Shown here: positions 41,690 to 53,213 of the stretch, piece after piece
How positions within the stretch are numbered: position 1 is the stretch's first letter
How the letters are laid out: every line of letters begins with the position of its first letter
Source: Eledone cirrhosa
Taxonomy: Eukaryota
DNA: 64,000 nucleotides
Reading direction: 5' to 3'
Assembly: GCA_964016885.1 (NCBI GenBank)
Contig: OZ024747.1
Span: 66,650,001-66,714,000, forward strand
Translations under genes and position numbers: made by a program
Notes under the pieces: model-generated
The model's input: only the letters and a program-made list of their open reading frames with translations
Told to the model about the DNA's origin: nothing
Databases searched by the model: none

Positions 41690-42854
41690 CATTTGAATAT
41701 AACCTCAAAGAGGTTAATTTCCTTGATGTTACTTTGAATCTCAATACAGAAACGATTAAACCGTTCCATAAACTAAATGAGAACGTTAAATATGTAAATA
41801 CGGGTTCTAACCATCCACCTTCTATAATTAAATCCATCCCTAGAAATATTTCCCTTAGAATCTCCCGCCTGTCGTCCAACAAGCAAACCTTCAAAGAACA
41901 TGCCGAATATTATGATGATGCACTTAGGAAGGCTGGACACCTAGATAATATAGAGTATATAGTCGACGATCACCAAAACACCCAAAATAAATCTCATAGA
42001 GGTAGAAATAGCATAGAATCACCACCATACATACACTACCGCAATAGACACACTAATAGTCGCACACCACCAAACAGAAGGCGATGTAAAGAGTATATAT
42101 GGTACAACCCGGTCTATAACAACTCTATTAAAACCAATCTACCCTCACAATTCTTTCGATTAGTTAAAAAGCACTTTCCAACATCACATAAATATAATAA
42201 AATCTTAAACCCTAAGACTATTCGACTTTTATATTCAACCGCCCCTAATATTGAACAACATATAAAAAAGCTTAACGCAAAACGGTTGTATAAACGCCTT
42301 CCAACACATAACAATACACGTAAAATATCGGCTATAACATCACAAAACAACAAACAACATCCCGTCCTACCTAAGCAACCTCATCAACCCATCCATGCCA
42401 ATACAACAACGCAAAATTATAACTGTAACTGTGTCCAACCAGGAATATGTCCGTTGAACAATCAGTGTCTTGAACGCAACATCATATACAAATGTACTAT
42501 CGAATCGGATAGCCAGAAGTGGTACTATGTGGGGTCTACAGCTATCTCCTTCAAATCTCGCCTTTATAGACATCGTTACTCAATAAAACATGAAAACCAG
42601 CGTTATGTAACAACACTCGCAGACAAGGCTTGGCAGCTGCGCGAAAATAACCAACAATTTAACCTAAAATGGGATATAATATTATTGCCCCTGCATTATG
42701 CCACGGACAGGAATTTTGTAAATTGTGTAATATCGAATTATTTTGTATTATGAAATCAAAAAATATTTTATTAAATAACAGAATAGAGCGATCGTTATAC
42801 TGTAACCATCGCTTGAAATCTACATTTTCATATTACAAACACTACCAGGATTGA
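41690..42854 (+). pseudogene. 5'-truncated Penelope-like element ORF (RT thumb + GIY-YIG), Naiad-like
   Basis: VNFLDVTL..SNHPPSIIKSIP; CNC..CPLNNQC..IIYKC..YYVGST..FKSR...H; after a frameshift near 42685, CKLCNIE..LLNNRIE...CNH. Confidence 0.8.
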
Positions 42855-43557
42855 ACGCCTGTCTCCATCTACGTTTGATTGTCAAAATACATATTAACAT
42901 TCTCTATTAGTCTTAATTCTATCAACTCTTCTATTCTTTACCATTTAATATAAATTGCTATAGATAAAATGAGATTTCTTAATTCAATTCCCTAATGCAT
43001 ATACCAGCAGGCTACCAACATTGTTGTTATTGAGTAGCAGTGAAAATCTCCCTCTTCCTTAATTGACACTTTATATCTATTAATACTATTACACCAAACG
43101 ACCAGCCCTGTCCATTATTCAATTGGTCAAGTATAGATTAAAATAGGCACTCCCAAAAATTCTTATTTAGATAAAATAAACCATATACTCATTGTATTCT
43201 CATTAGAAACCTTTTAGATACATGTTTACCAGTAAATTGAATTGCCATCTGTCATATACTATCCCCTCTCCTCTTCCTTTCTTACAACTAATATAAATAC
43301 TTCAATTTTTCTGATTTTTTCCAATGTATCCAATATCTCTAAAGAAGTGACAACTGATTATACATTTGCTATCGAATACTTGCTAACATTATATGATTAC
43401 GCAAGCAGCGATACATCGGTATTCCGTCTGTTACAGAAACATATGTCAATACTTAATAAATTCCTTTATAAAAGCACTTTCATTTTATATTCATCTTTTC
43501 TATATATAAATATATATATATACATATATATATATATACATACATATATTATATATA

Positions 43558-43590
<33 letters not shown>

Positions 43591-43870
43591 TTATTTTACA
43601 AGTGAAACTGTTAATGAGTGAGATTGGTTGAGAGAAAGGGAATGATAGCAGAAGAGGATATAGAATATAGATTAGACAGATAATGGTAGAAATAGAGAAA
43701 CACGGTGGTGAGGAGGAGTGAGCGGAAAGCATAGATGAGTGGTTTAGAGAATTCCAATGGAGAAAAACGTATTTCATATTGCTTTATATCATATAACAAA
43801 TTGTCGATTATTTTACACACTATACACATATACGCATATACCAAAATATATATCTATTTAGCTATATTAG

Positions 43871-43906
<36 letters not shown>

Positions 43907-44297
43907 ATTTATCATACTAGCACATATTACTTTTTTAATTTTGTTAACGTTTCTTCTTCCCACTGACACCACAAACATGCACACACATACATACATACAT
44001 ACATACACAGACACACAAACACACACACACACACAAACACACACACATTTAGTTTGGGCTGGGAAAACTAGTAAAGCAAAATTCAATACAATGGAAATGT
44101 AGTATATATTTTATTATGGCCATGATCTTATACACGTGACGTGTGGACCAGGAGGTTTGTAGGCAGGTTACTGGTATGTTTTGTACATTACCCCAAGGCA
44201 TAAATATCGTAAAATTTTAAACACAAATTCACACAATACAAGACAATTCAAATTTCGCTAAAAGATCATCATCCATTAATAATAATAATAATAATAA

Positions 44298-44755
44298 TGA
44301 TTTCTTTATTAACCACAATGGTTTACATAAAGTAGACATTAAGGACAGTGCAGGACAATACAGGACGGTACAAATGAGCATTTCTGCGTGTAAAAAACAA
44401 AAACAGAGGATGTAACAAAAAAATAACAATGAAAAATTCCCCAATAGGGGGGAGACTTCGAAGGAACATTTGTGGAGAAAGCCCAGTAAAAGGCCACAGT
44501 GACCCGACCACCAAGGTAAGTGCCTCTCCCAGTTTTCCACCTTTAATTTACAGATACAAACTCAGAGTAGGCCCATTCACTGGGACCATTCTTGCTTCTC
44601 TCACCCATCTTTCAACAAAATGCTGGGAAGAGAGCACTTCCCTCTCTACTCAGATTTTCCTTTTCAAATGAAATTTGAAAAAGTCAATCAAGGCATCACT
44701 GAGGAGGTAAGTGCTCGTATTCAACCCTTTCAAACGTGTCAACCATACTATCTCT
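44298..44755 (-). mobile_element. 5'-truncated Tx1 A-type 3' fragment
   Basis: ORF2 C-terminus (EIVW.TRLKGL..FFKFHLKRKI) plus 3' UTR, between (TAA)n tracts. Confidence 0.9.
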
Positions 44756-45065
44756 AATAATAATAATAATAATAATAATGATAATAATAATAATAATAAT
44801 AATGATTTCTTTATTAACCACAAGGGTTTACATAAAGTAGACATTAAGGACAGTGCAGGACAATGCAGGGCGGTACAAATGGGCATTTCTGCGTGTAAAA
44901 AAACAAAAACAGAGGATGTAACAAAAATAACAATGAAAATAACAATGAAAAATTCCCCAATAGGGGGGAGACTTCGGAGGGACATTTGTGGAGAAAGCCC
45001 AGTAAAAAGCCACAATGACCCTGACCACCAAGGCAAGTGCCCTCTCCCAGTTTTCCACCTTTAGT

Positions 45066-48000
45066 TTACAGATATATACTCAGAGTCGGCCCATTCACTC
45101 GGGCCATTCTTGCTTCTCTCACCCATCTTTCAACAAAATGCTGGGAAGAGAGCACTTCCTTCTCTACTCTGATTTTCCTTTTCAAATGAAATTTGAAAAA
45201 GTCAATCAGAGCATCACCGAAGAGGTAAGTGCTCGTCTTCAGCCCTTTCAAACGTGTCCACCATACTATCTCTTTCGCCATGGCCACCAGGCAGATAAAA
45301 ACTGCCTGCCCTTCCCGGCTAAAGGAGGAGGGCGGGGCAATCCTCACGATGGACTCAGATGATAGCCGGATCCGTCCTAAACGCGACAGCAGGTGTTCGA
45401 CATAAACCCACAAGTCAGCAATTTTCGGACACTGGACGAGTGCGTGCAGGACGGTTTCGTCGCCCTGCGCGCATCTCGGACATGCCCGGCTGACGGCACC
45501 TCCATGCCTGTAGAGTTTATCCCGAACTGGCAAGGCTCCTCGGTAGCACTGCCAGGCCAGAGATTTCTGGAAGTTGTCCATAGGCCCTGGCCCGAAAGTT
45601 CTTCCGAAGAGATTGGCTAGTTGATTTTCGTCGACGCCTAGAGTTTCCCCAAGTACGTCGTCGCTCTTCCCCTCCACTAATCCTCTATAGAACGCCGAGG
45701 TGGAGTTTCCACCGATCACATTGCCCGATTGGTCGAGGGCTGTGAGCGCCTGAAGACATTCCAGTCTCCAGGCGCTCCCTCTCGGTCTTCGCTTGACCCA
45801 GGACTGCAGCTCCGTCAAGGAAACGAGCTGGGGAAACACGCGTCTAGCAAACGGCGACCACACCTGATCACCGTCGAGGAAGAGGTGGAGATGTCGTAGC
45901 CTGAGCGCGTGCCTGCGCATCATCAGCCACGGCATGCCCAGCCCTCCACGTAGCGGGTGTTGACAACAGATGGACCGCCTGACCATCGGAGCGCGTCCCT
46001 TCCACAAAAAGCGAAAGAGCAAACGCTCCAGCACAGTCAGGCGAGGCTTAGGACAAGGTACGACGGTCAGGCGGTAGCAGATGACGGACGCGATGTACGC
46101 GTTAGCCACCTCCGCTCGACCTTTCAGGGATAGCTTCCTCTCGGCCCATTTCTGGGTGAGAGAAGCCACCCTGCTCGTCACCTCGTCCCAGTTTTTGTCC
46201 GTCTGGAGGTCCGGACCGAACCAGACCCCTAGCAATTTAACCGGTCCGTCCGTCCAGCGTCCGACGACGCTGTTGGACGGCATGGACCTGCCTCTCCAGG
46301 TGCCGAGCTGCAGGCCCACTGACTTTTCCTGGTTGATCATTGCTCCTGTCACCGCTTCGTATTCTCTTAGTTTAGTGCCGATCGCCTCGATGTGTTTGGC
46401 GTTCGACACCACTACGGTGACATCGTCCGCATATGCTGATACGGATCTTCCGCATCCTAGTTCGCGCGGGACCCCCCTCAACGTCTCCAGTTTGTGCAGT
46501 AATGGCTCGAGAGTCAATACGTACAAGAGGGACGAGAGGGGACATCCTTGGCGGACCGAGCGCATGATGTTGAACGGTTCCGACAGGTGACCGTTCACTC
46601 TCACCACAGAGCAGATGTCGCTGTGCATGGCAGCGATCCAGCCTCTGAAGACGGGCCCAAAGCCAGCCGCCCTCAGGACTGCCGCTAGGTAACGATGGTC
46701 GACCCTATCGAAAGCTTTCGACTGATCTAAATTGATCAAGGACCCACCCGTGCCAGGTTCCCTAGCTACCCTCTCTACGATGTATCGCATGAGGTGGAGG
46801 TTGTCGTGGATGGATCTGTCGGGAATGGCGCATGTCTGCGCCTCTCCCACCAGACCACCAACGACAAGCGCCAACCTCTTTGCTAGCACCTTGGCCAAAA
46901 TCTTAAACTCTGTGTTTAGCAGAGTTATGGGCCGGAAATTGTCTATGTTATCCCCCTTGTTCGGATCCTTTCTCAGCAGTGCCACCGCTCCTCGGCTCAC
47001 AGAACTGGGAATTCTCCCGTTCTGTTGCCAGTTGCAGTAGACGTCCGCCAAGAGGCCTCCGAACAAGTCTGGCATCTGTACGTAAAGTTCATAGGGCAGA
47101 CCATCCAAACCAGGCGATTTACCCCTTGTGCAGCCAGTCATTGCCTCCCGTACTTCAGCGGCTGTTATCGGCTTTTCGCAACACCTCGCCTCAGTGGCCG
47201 AGAGCCGCGGCAGTCCTTCGAGGTAGACACTAAAGTCCATCCCTCTACCCGGCCCCCCGCTGCCCCCGAACAGCTGAGCGAAGTGTCGCTGAAAAGCTTC
47301 ACACTTTTGCCCGGGATCGAGTAGCATGCGCCCGTCGTGGTCCACCAAAGACCGGATCGTGGCTTTGTTGCCACGACGCGCCTCCGCCACTCGGGCCCAT
47401 TGAACGGCTTTCGTCCCCTCGTGTCTGAGAGCACGCACCCTAGCTCTGACAACGCAGCCTTCGTGCTTTGCATTGAAGAATTGGTCAAGGGCCAATTTCG
47501 CCGCAAGCACGTCGGTCGCAATGCCTTTGCTAAGCGCCTCGTCTAATTTTCTAACTAGTTCTCCCTCTGCTCTATTTTTCTCTATTGCTAAAGCCTTACT
47601 AAACCTAATCGATTCTATTCTAATCGCTCTTTTCAGAGCAAACCACCACTTGTTGTTGACGATGGCCCCCGTCAACGCCCGCTTAACTAGTTCGCTAATC
47701 CGGTCTCTGTAGGCCTTGCGCGCTGGTAAGGACGCGTTTAGCTTCCAGTAGCCGGGTCCTCGTCTATGAAGCCTATCTAAGTCAAGCACACAGTTCACGA
47801 ATTTGTGGTCCGTGTAGCTGACTATCTTGAATTGTGGACAGCCTATGCTAGACCTATCTATTTCCCTACAAAATACTCTATCTAGATATGATCTGGATGA
47901 CCCTATGCGGTTTGTCCAAGTCCACATTGGCACATTCGGGAAATCCAATCGGTACCTGTCAGACAGTTCAAAACGCCTGAGCAGGTTGGTGAGGCTCTTG

Positions 48001-48485
48001 CACCCTCCACCCCTATCCGCTAATCCCACACAGTCCCATCGTGCATCTAAGATCCCGTTCCAGTCGCCCACTAACACTAAAGAGCGGGACGTTCCAAGAA
48101 AGGTCTCCAGACGCCGGAAGAAATCAGGCCGCCCTGCTCCTGTCGGGGCATAGACGGCCACTAGCCTGAAAGCTTGCCCGTCTCCGCTGGTCACGTCCAG
48201 CACCACCAGCTTACCCTCTGGGTCCAGGAAGATGGCCCGTATGGCGAGATCCAAACCTCTCCGAAAAAGCACAGCAACTCCTCCACCCGATCCAGGACGG
48301 CTGGGAGATGCGTACACATCGTAGCCGCCGAAGATCGGTGCGAAGGCCCGTGCTTCGGAGATTCTGGTCTCGCTGATGGCCACTACATCTATGTTTAGTG
48401 ACCTGAGGTCGTTGAGCAGGTGACCCTGCTTCCATGACGACCCCAAGCCACGCGCATTTATGCTGCCTATTCTGAGTGAGGTCAT
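45066..48485 (-). CDS. Tx1 A2 ORF2: APE endonuclease-RT-zinc finger, 1139 aa
   Basis: GDWN, SYLDRVF, TDHK, RQGCPLS, YADD, CPRC..H...C. Confidence 0.96.
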   Translation of the reverse strand: MTSLRIGSINARGLGSSWKQGHLLNDLRSLNIDVVAISETRISEARAFAPIFGGYDVYASPSRPGSGGGVAVLFRRGLDLAIRAIFLDPEGKLVVLDVTSGDGQAFRLVAVYAPTGAGRPDFFRRLETFLGTSRSLVLVGDWNGILDARWDCVGLADRGGGCKSLTNLLRRFELSDRYRLDFPNVPMWTWTNRIGSSRSYLDRVFCREIDRSSIGCPQFKIVSYTDHKFVNCVLDLDRLHRRGPGYWKLNASLPARKAYRDRISELVKRALTGAIVNNKWWFALKRAIRIESIRFSKALAIEKNRAEGELVRKLDEALSKGIATDVLAAKLALDQFFNAKHEGCVVRARVRALRHEGTKAVQWARVAEARRGNKATIRSLVDHDGRMLLDPGQKCEAFQRHFAQLFGGSGGPGRGMDFSVYLEGLPRLSATEARCCEKPITAAEVREAMTGCTRGKSPGLDGLPYELYVQMPDLFGGLLADVYCNWQQNGRIPSSVSRGAVALLRKDPNKGDNIDNFRPITLLNTEFKILAKVLAKRLALVVGGLVGEAQTCAIPDRSIHDNLHLMRYIVERVAREPGTGGSLINLDQSKAFDRVDHRYLAAVLRAAGFGPVFRGWIAAMHSDICSVVRVNGHLSEPFNIMRSVRQGCPLSSLLYVLTLEPLLHKLETLRGVPRELGCGRSVSAYADDVTVVVSNAKHIEAIGTKLREYEAVTGAMINQEKSVGLQLGTWRGRSMPSNSVVGRWTDGPVKLLGVWFGPDLQTDKNWDEVTSRVASLTQKWAERKLSLKGRAEVANAYIASVICYRLTVVPCPKPRLTVLERLLFRFLWKGRAPMVRRSICCQHPLRGGLGMPWLMMRRHALRLRHLHLFLDGDQVWSPFARRVFPQLVSLTELQSWVKRRPRGSAWRLECLQALTALDQSGNVIGGNSTSAFYRGLVEGKSDDVLGETLGVDENQLANLFGRTFGPGPMDNFQKSLAWQCYRGALPVRDKLYRHGGAVSRACPRCAQGDETVLHALVQCPKIADLWVYVEHLLSRLGRIRLSSESIVRIAPPSSFSREGQAVFICLVAMAKEIVWWTRLKGLKTSTYLFGDALIDFFKFHLKRKIRVEKEVLSSQHFVERWVREARMARVNGPTLSIYL

Positions 48486-48520
48486 GTTTAAAATAGAGTG
48501 GAAAAGATGGGAAAGACCAC

Positions 48521-50599
48521 TTACCGTACTTTTGGTAGAGGAGGGATGGTTTTTACATCCCTTTTCACTTGATCGTCTGGTGAAGGGACCGTTGAATCGT
48601 CCCTTCGGCTGGTCGTCGGCTCTTCTAAGAGAATATCTGAGTTTACTCTTCGATTGATGGTTCCTCCTAGGTCCCTGAAATCACCAACTGCGTTGGGGAA
48701 TTTCGTTTTAATATTTGTGTATTGTTTCTGTGCTATTTTTAGCAGTCTTATGTTAGTTGGCGTTTTGATTGGTGCTGGTATTATGTAGTCCTGTTGTGAA
48801 ATGTCTGTGTGTTCAATTATGTAAGTCATTGGTTTCTTGTTGTGTGTATTTATTGCCGTGCATTTGTTTTTCTGGGGGTGGGGTGTGGTTCTGCTATTTT
48901 CTTGTCGTTGTTGCTGGGTGTGTGTGTTTTGTTGTTGTGTTTGCGATGTTGGTGCTTGTGGTGGTGGTGTTAAAGGTGTTGTTGGCGGTGGTGATGGTGG
49001 TGCTAGTGTGGGTGGTGATGGTGTTAGTGTTGTTGCTGCTGTGGGTCTCTTTGCAGTAGACTTTACCCTTTTCTCATTTCTTTCCTCCCTTTTCAAAGGC
49101 GACGATGCGCTGCTTCTGCGTTTGTGCCTTCTTACGACCTTTTGCCATCCCTCTCCCACCTCACACTCCATGTCTGATTCTGTGAGGTCGGGGAGGGGTA
49201 CCAGCTCCACTCTTTCACTTGTTGTTGGTGATGTTTGCACTGGAGTCTCTGTTGCAGCTGCATTTGGTATTGCTGTTGTTGTTGTTAATATTTCCACTGC
49301 TGCTGCTGTTTTTGATTTCCGTGGAGTGGGTATGGGTGCCACGGACCTATCGTTCCTGGTTGCCGCTTGTCCTGTTGCTGGTAGCCGTGGAGCCGGATTC
49401 GGAAGGAGGGGGGTCTTCTCCTTTCTCAGGGTCTTCTCGTTGCAGAAGGCCCTGAGGTGAGTCTTCGATCCACAGCGAAAGCATTTCGGGCGTTTGCCCT
49501 CAACACTTATGGGCAGTTGAGTGCCGTTATCGAAGTCTATCACATCCGGGATAGCTTCGATGCACTCCTGGTTGGTTTGGATTAGCATCTCAATGGAGGA
49601 GCCGACCCAATCTTCTCTTACTTTTTTCTGTACTTGCAGTACAGTTGTTTTGTCCTCGATTCCGACGAGGACAGACGCGGCCAGCCAAGAAGGGGTCATT
49701 CCGGGGGGGACGTGGGTTAGTTTGACCCTCACAATTTTTTGCCCACAGTAGGAGGGCACCAACACCATTTCCTCGCTCCTTAGGGTCACTACTGATTGGG
49801 CCTTTGCCTCCTGGGGTGTGGCAAAAAGTACGTCTACGGTGGCATATTTTTTGCCTCGGGTGATGTGCGTTTTCCGCTGCCACACAGACCCCAAGGCTTT
49901 TTGTATTTGGGCCTCTGTGGCTCTTTCCACCCTACGGGATTTTGTACTTACTGTACGGTACGTGACCGTACAGTGCTCTTGGGTTTCGAAAAAATTTTTC
50001 GCTGCCTTGCAGATTGCTCGGTGTCCGTTCTTTGTCACCATCTTCTTCGCTTCCTCTAATTCCTCATTTGTTATGAGGATTGTTTCCAAGTTTTTCGCAA
50101 TACCTGCAAATGAGATTGGTTTTTCTCTGCTGTTGTTGTTGTCGTCAGAGCTGCTGGTACTTTTGTTGTTGCTGCAGGTACTACGACTACTGCCTCCGCC
50201 GCTGTTGCTGTGGTTGTTGTTGGTGTTGCTGCTGCTAATGCTGTTGTTGTTTATGCTGCTGGTGATGCTGTTGCGGCTTCTACTGTTGTTTTCATTGTCA
50301 CTGTTGCTGTTGTTATTACGGCTGCTACTGCTATTATTCCTGACGTCAGACGAATGAACTGGGTTTTCGTATTTCCCGCACACCTGTTTCGTCGCTGTCG
50401 TCGTCGTCGTGGAGAAACCTTGCACGCTTTGCACGAGACTTTTCTTTTCTTTCGTCGCTTGCGAAAGAAAAGGGAGGGAGAGAGATACATTTAAAGAAGG
50501 GAGGGAGAGAGACAATCTTCTCTCTGCTGTAGTGATGATTGAGGAAGAAGAAGACGGAATGAGTGGGAGTGACGTATGAAATTTCTTTTTCGTAGCCAT
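48521..50599 (-). CDS. Tx1 A2 ORF1 nucleic-acid-binding protein, 692 aa from the ATG
   Basis: MATKKK start, Ser/Asn-rich region, RRM-like region, CFRCGSKTHLRAFC knuckle, Pro/Thr-rich linker. Confidence 0.92.
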   Translation of the reverse strand: MATKKKFHTSLPLIPSSSSSIITTAERRLSLSLPSLNVSLSLPFLSQATKEKKSLVQSVQGFSTTTTTATKQVCGKYENPVHSSDVRNNSSSSRNNNSNSDNENNSRSRNSITSSINNNSISSSNTNNNHSNSGGGSSRSTCSNNKSTSSSDDNNNSREKPISFAGIAKNLETILITNEELEEAKKMVTKNGHRAICKAAKNFFETQEHCTVTYRTVSTKSRRVERATEAQIQKALGSVWQRKTHITRGKKYATVDVLFATPQEAKAQSVVTLRSEEMVLVPSYCGQKIVRVKLTHVPPGMTPSWLAASVLVGIEDKTTVLQVQKKVREDWVGSSIEMLIQTNQECIEAIPDVIDFDNGTQLPISVEGKRPKCFRCGSKTHLRAFCNEKTLRKEKTPLLPNPAPRLPATGQAATRNDRSVAPIPTPRKSKTAAAVEILTTTTAIPNAAATETPVQTSPTTSERVELVPLPDLTESDMECEVGEGWQKVVRRHKRRSSASSPLKREERNEKRVKSTAKRPTAATTLTPSPPTLAPPSPPPTTPLTPPPQAPTSQTQQQNTHTQQQRQENSRTTPHPQKNKCTAINTHNKKPMTYIIEHTDISQQDYIIPAPIKTPTNIRLLKIAQKQYTNIKTKFPNAVGDFRDLGGTINRRVNSDILLEEPTTSRRDDSTVPSPDDQVKRDVKTIPPLPKVR

Positions 50600-50836
50600 G
50601 TTTTTTTGTTTAAAATGAAATTTTGGGTACAAAACCCCAATAACTGGTTATTTAACCCCCAAGGGCCAAATAACGGACAGAAAGACCCCTCTCACGAGGA
50701 GGAGGGTGTCTTTATCAACAATTTGGTTCAAGTTTTAAACAATTTCCAATTGTTTTAACGGTTAAAAATTACTATACCTTACAGAGCCGAGCCTCCGTCA
50801 ACCATGGCATTCAATAATAATAATAATAATAATAAT

Positions 50837-53108
50837 TAACGGCATTACATTCCTGCTTCCGAAGAATCATGAGACAAACAATCCCAAAAATTACAGACCG
50901 ATAACTTGCTTGACCACAATGTATAAAATTTTAACATCAGTCCTAACTGAATACACATATGACCACCTGATAACAAATGACCTATTTCCCATTGAGCAGA
51001 AAGGGTGTAAACGAGGCTCATATGGCTGTAAGGATCAGCTTCTGGTTAACAAAATGATACTGGAAGATTGTCATAATAGACACAAAAATCTATCGATTGC
51101 TTGGATAGATTATAAAAAAGCATTCGATAGTTTGCCACACAGTTGGATTGAAAAATGTTTAGAGATTTTCAAAATATCCCCCGTTGTCAGGAGGTTTTTG
51201 TCATTCAGTATGAAGACATGGAAAACGACACTCCTTTTGAATAGTGAAACAAAATCACTGGAAGCTGGAGAAGTTAATATTAATTGTGGAATTTTTCAGG
51301 GTGACTCTTTATCACCGCTTTTATTCTGCATCGCACTTATACCATTAAGTAAAATGCTCAATGAAACAAAACATGGATATAAAGTCTATGACAAAACCAT
51401 TAATCACCTGTTCTACATGGATGACCTGAAACTATTTTCAAAAAATGATGAACAATTGCAAGGGCTATTATCCACTGTGAAGCAGTTCAGTGATGACATT
51501 AAAATGGAGTTTGGACTAGATAAATGCGCCAAAGCAACGTTCACCAGAGGAAAGCTGCTGAAGAGTTCAGACATTAATCTTGATCGGTGGAACGTGATAA
51601 GAGAGCTTGATCAAGAAAAAACTTACAAATATCTAGGTGTTTGTGAAGGAGACGGAATCACGCACTCGACAATGAGGGAAAGGATAAGGAAGGAATGTTA
51701 CCGCAGAGTAAGAGCAATCTTAAGAACGGAATTGAATGCAAGGAATAGGATCGATGCCATAAATACGCTTGCCATACCAGTAGTAACCTACAGTTACAAT
51801 GTCATCAACTGGTCAAGCACAGAGATCCGTAGGCTCGATACAAAAATTCGAAAATTATTAACCATTCACAGAATGCATCACCCTAAGGCAGATATAGATA
51901 GAATATATCTCCCTAGGAAAGAAGGAGGACGTGGGTTAATCCAGTTAGACATTGCGTTGAAAACTGCAACAATTGGATTATCTACATATCTAAGGGAATC
52001 AGATGATTGGATGATCAAACTCGTTTTGAAACACGAAAGCATCAAAAGATCATATTCCATTACAAAAGATGCACAAAGATACAGTAATGGACTACAAATT
52101 TCAGAAGTCCCATTTACTGCTGAAATGGAAAACACAGAAAAAGCAAAGCAGGTAAAAGTAACTGCAAAGAAAGAACTGCTACAGAAACTGGCTAAGAAAT
52201 GGCAAGAAAAGCCTCTGTATGGAAAATACCCAGAGCGAGCTAACAATCCTGATGTTGACAAAACTTTAACCCATCAGTGGTTGGCATCCTCTGGACTGAA
52301 ATCGGAGACTGAAGGACTGATTATATCGGCACAAGATCAGTGTCTGCCAACAAAAAATTACCAAGCCAACATAATAAAAAATGGGTGCAGCCCATTATGC
52401 CGTGTATGCAAAAAACAAGCAGAGACCATTGACCATATAATTTCAATGTGCAGTCCTATAGCTCCAACCGAATACCTAAACAGGCATGACAGAGCTGCAC
52501 AATACATACATTGGATAATGTGTAAGCATTTTGACCTGCCCCATCAAAAGAATTGGTGGGAGCATCAACCACCTCCCATACTTGAAAAAGATTACATCTC
52601 AATCTTGTGGAACTTTAGCATCCAAACAGACCGAAAAATAGATACAAATAGACCTGATATAATATTGAAGGACTTTCAAAAGAGGGTATGTCTGCTAATT
52701 GATATGTCTGTTCCAATAGACAAGAATGTATCTATAAAAACATTTGAAAAATTGAGCAAGTATAAGGACCTGGAGATAGAAATTGGAAAAATGTGGAAAT
52801 TGAGAACTAAAACAATACCAGTGGTTGTAGGCGCTCTGGGAATGATACCTAAGGGGTCTAATGATTACTTATCGCAAATCCCAGGAAACCCGCGTATAGG
52901 AGAAATACAAAAGATAGTAGTAATGGGAACTGCCCATATACTAAGGAAGATTCTGTCAATATAAGTACATCACAAGTCTAAACACTAAAGATGCATGTGT
53001 AAATATGTATTTTCCTTCTTGAACATGGCGGACCTTGTTGTCTCTTGAGGTCACTGGTTGTGACTTGGTGATAACTCGTATGAACATAAAGCAAGATAAA
53101 TGCAACTG
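50837..53108 (+). mobile_element. 5'-truncated Dong-C element with open RT-RLE frame (ORF 50910..52964)
   Basis: [28 protein letters not shown] and PD..D..K motifs; (TAA)n flanks. Confidence 0.93.
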
Positions 53109-53130
53109 TAATAATAATAATAATAATAAT

Positions 53131-53213
53131 CACCTCCACACAAACAACTTGTTACCGGACGAACAGAAAGGATGCCGAAAGAAGTCACGTGATACAAAGG
53201 ACCAGTTACTTAT
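53131..53213 (+). mobile_element. Short Dong-B fragment (duplicated junction)
   Basis: [27 protein letters not shown]; same start point as the copy at 55039. Confidence 0.85.

Larger units (their letters stand above)
44803..50812 (-). mobile_element. Intact full-length Tx1-clade retrotransposon, family A (copy A2)
   Basis: Both ORFs are uninterrupted, both UTRs are complete, and (TAA)n flanks both ends. Confidence 0.96.
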
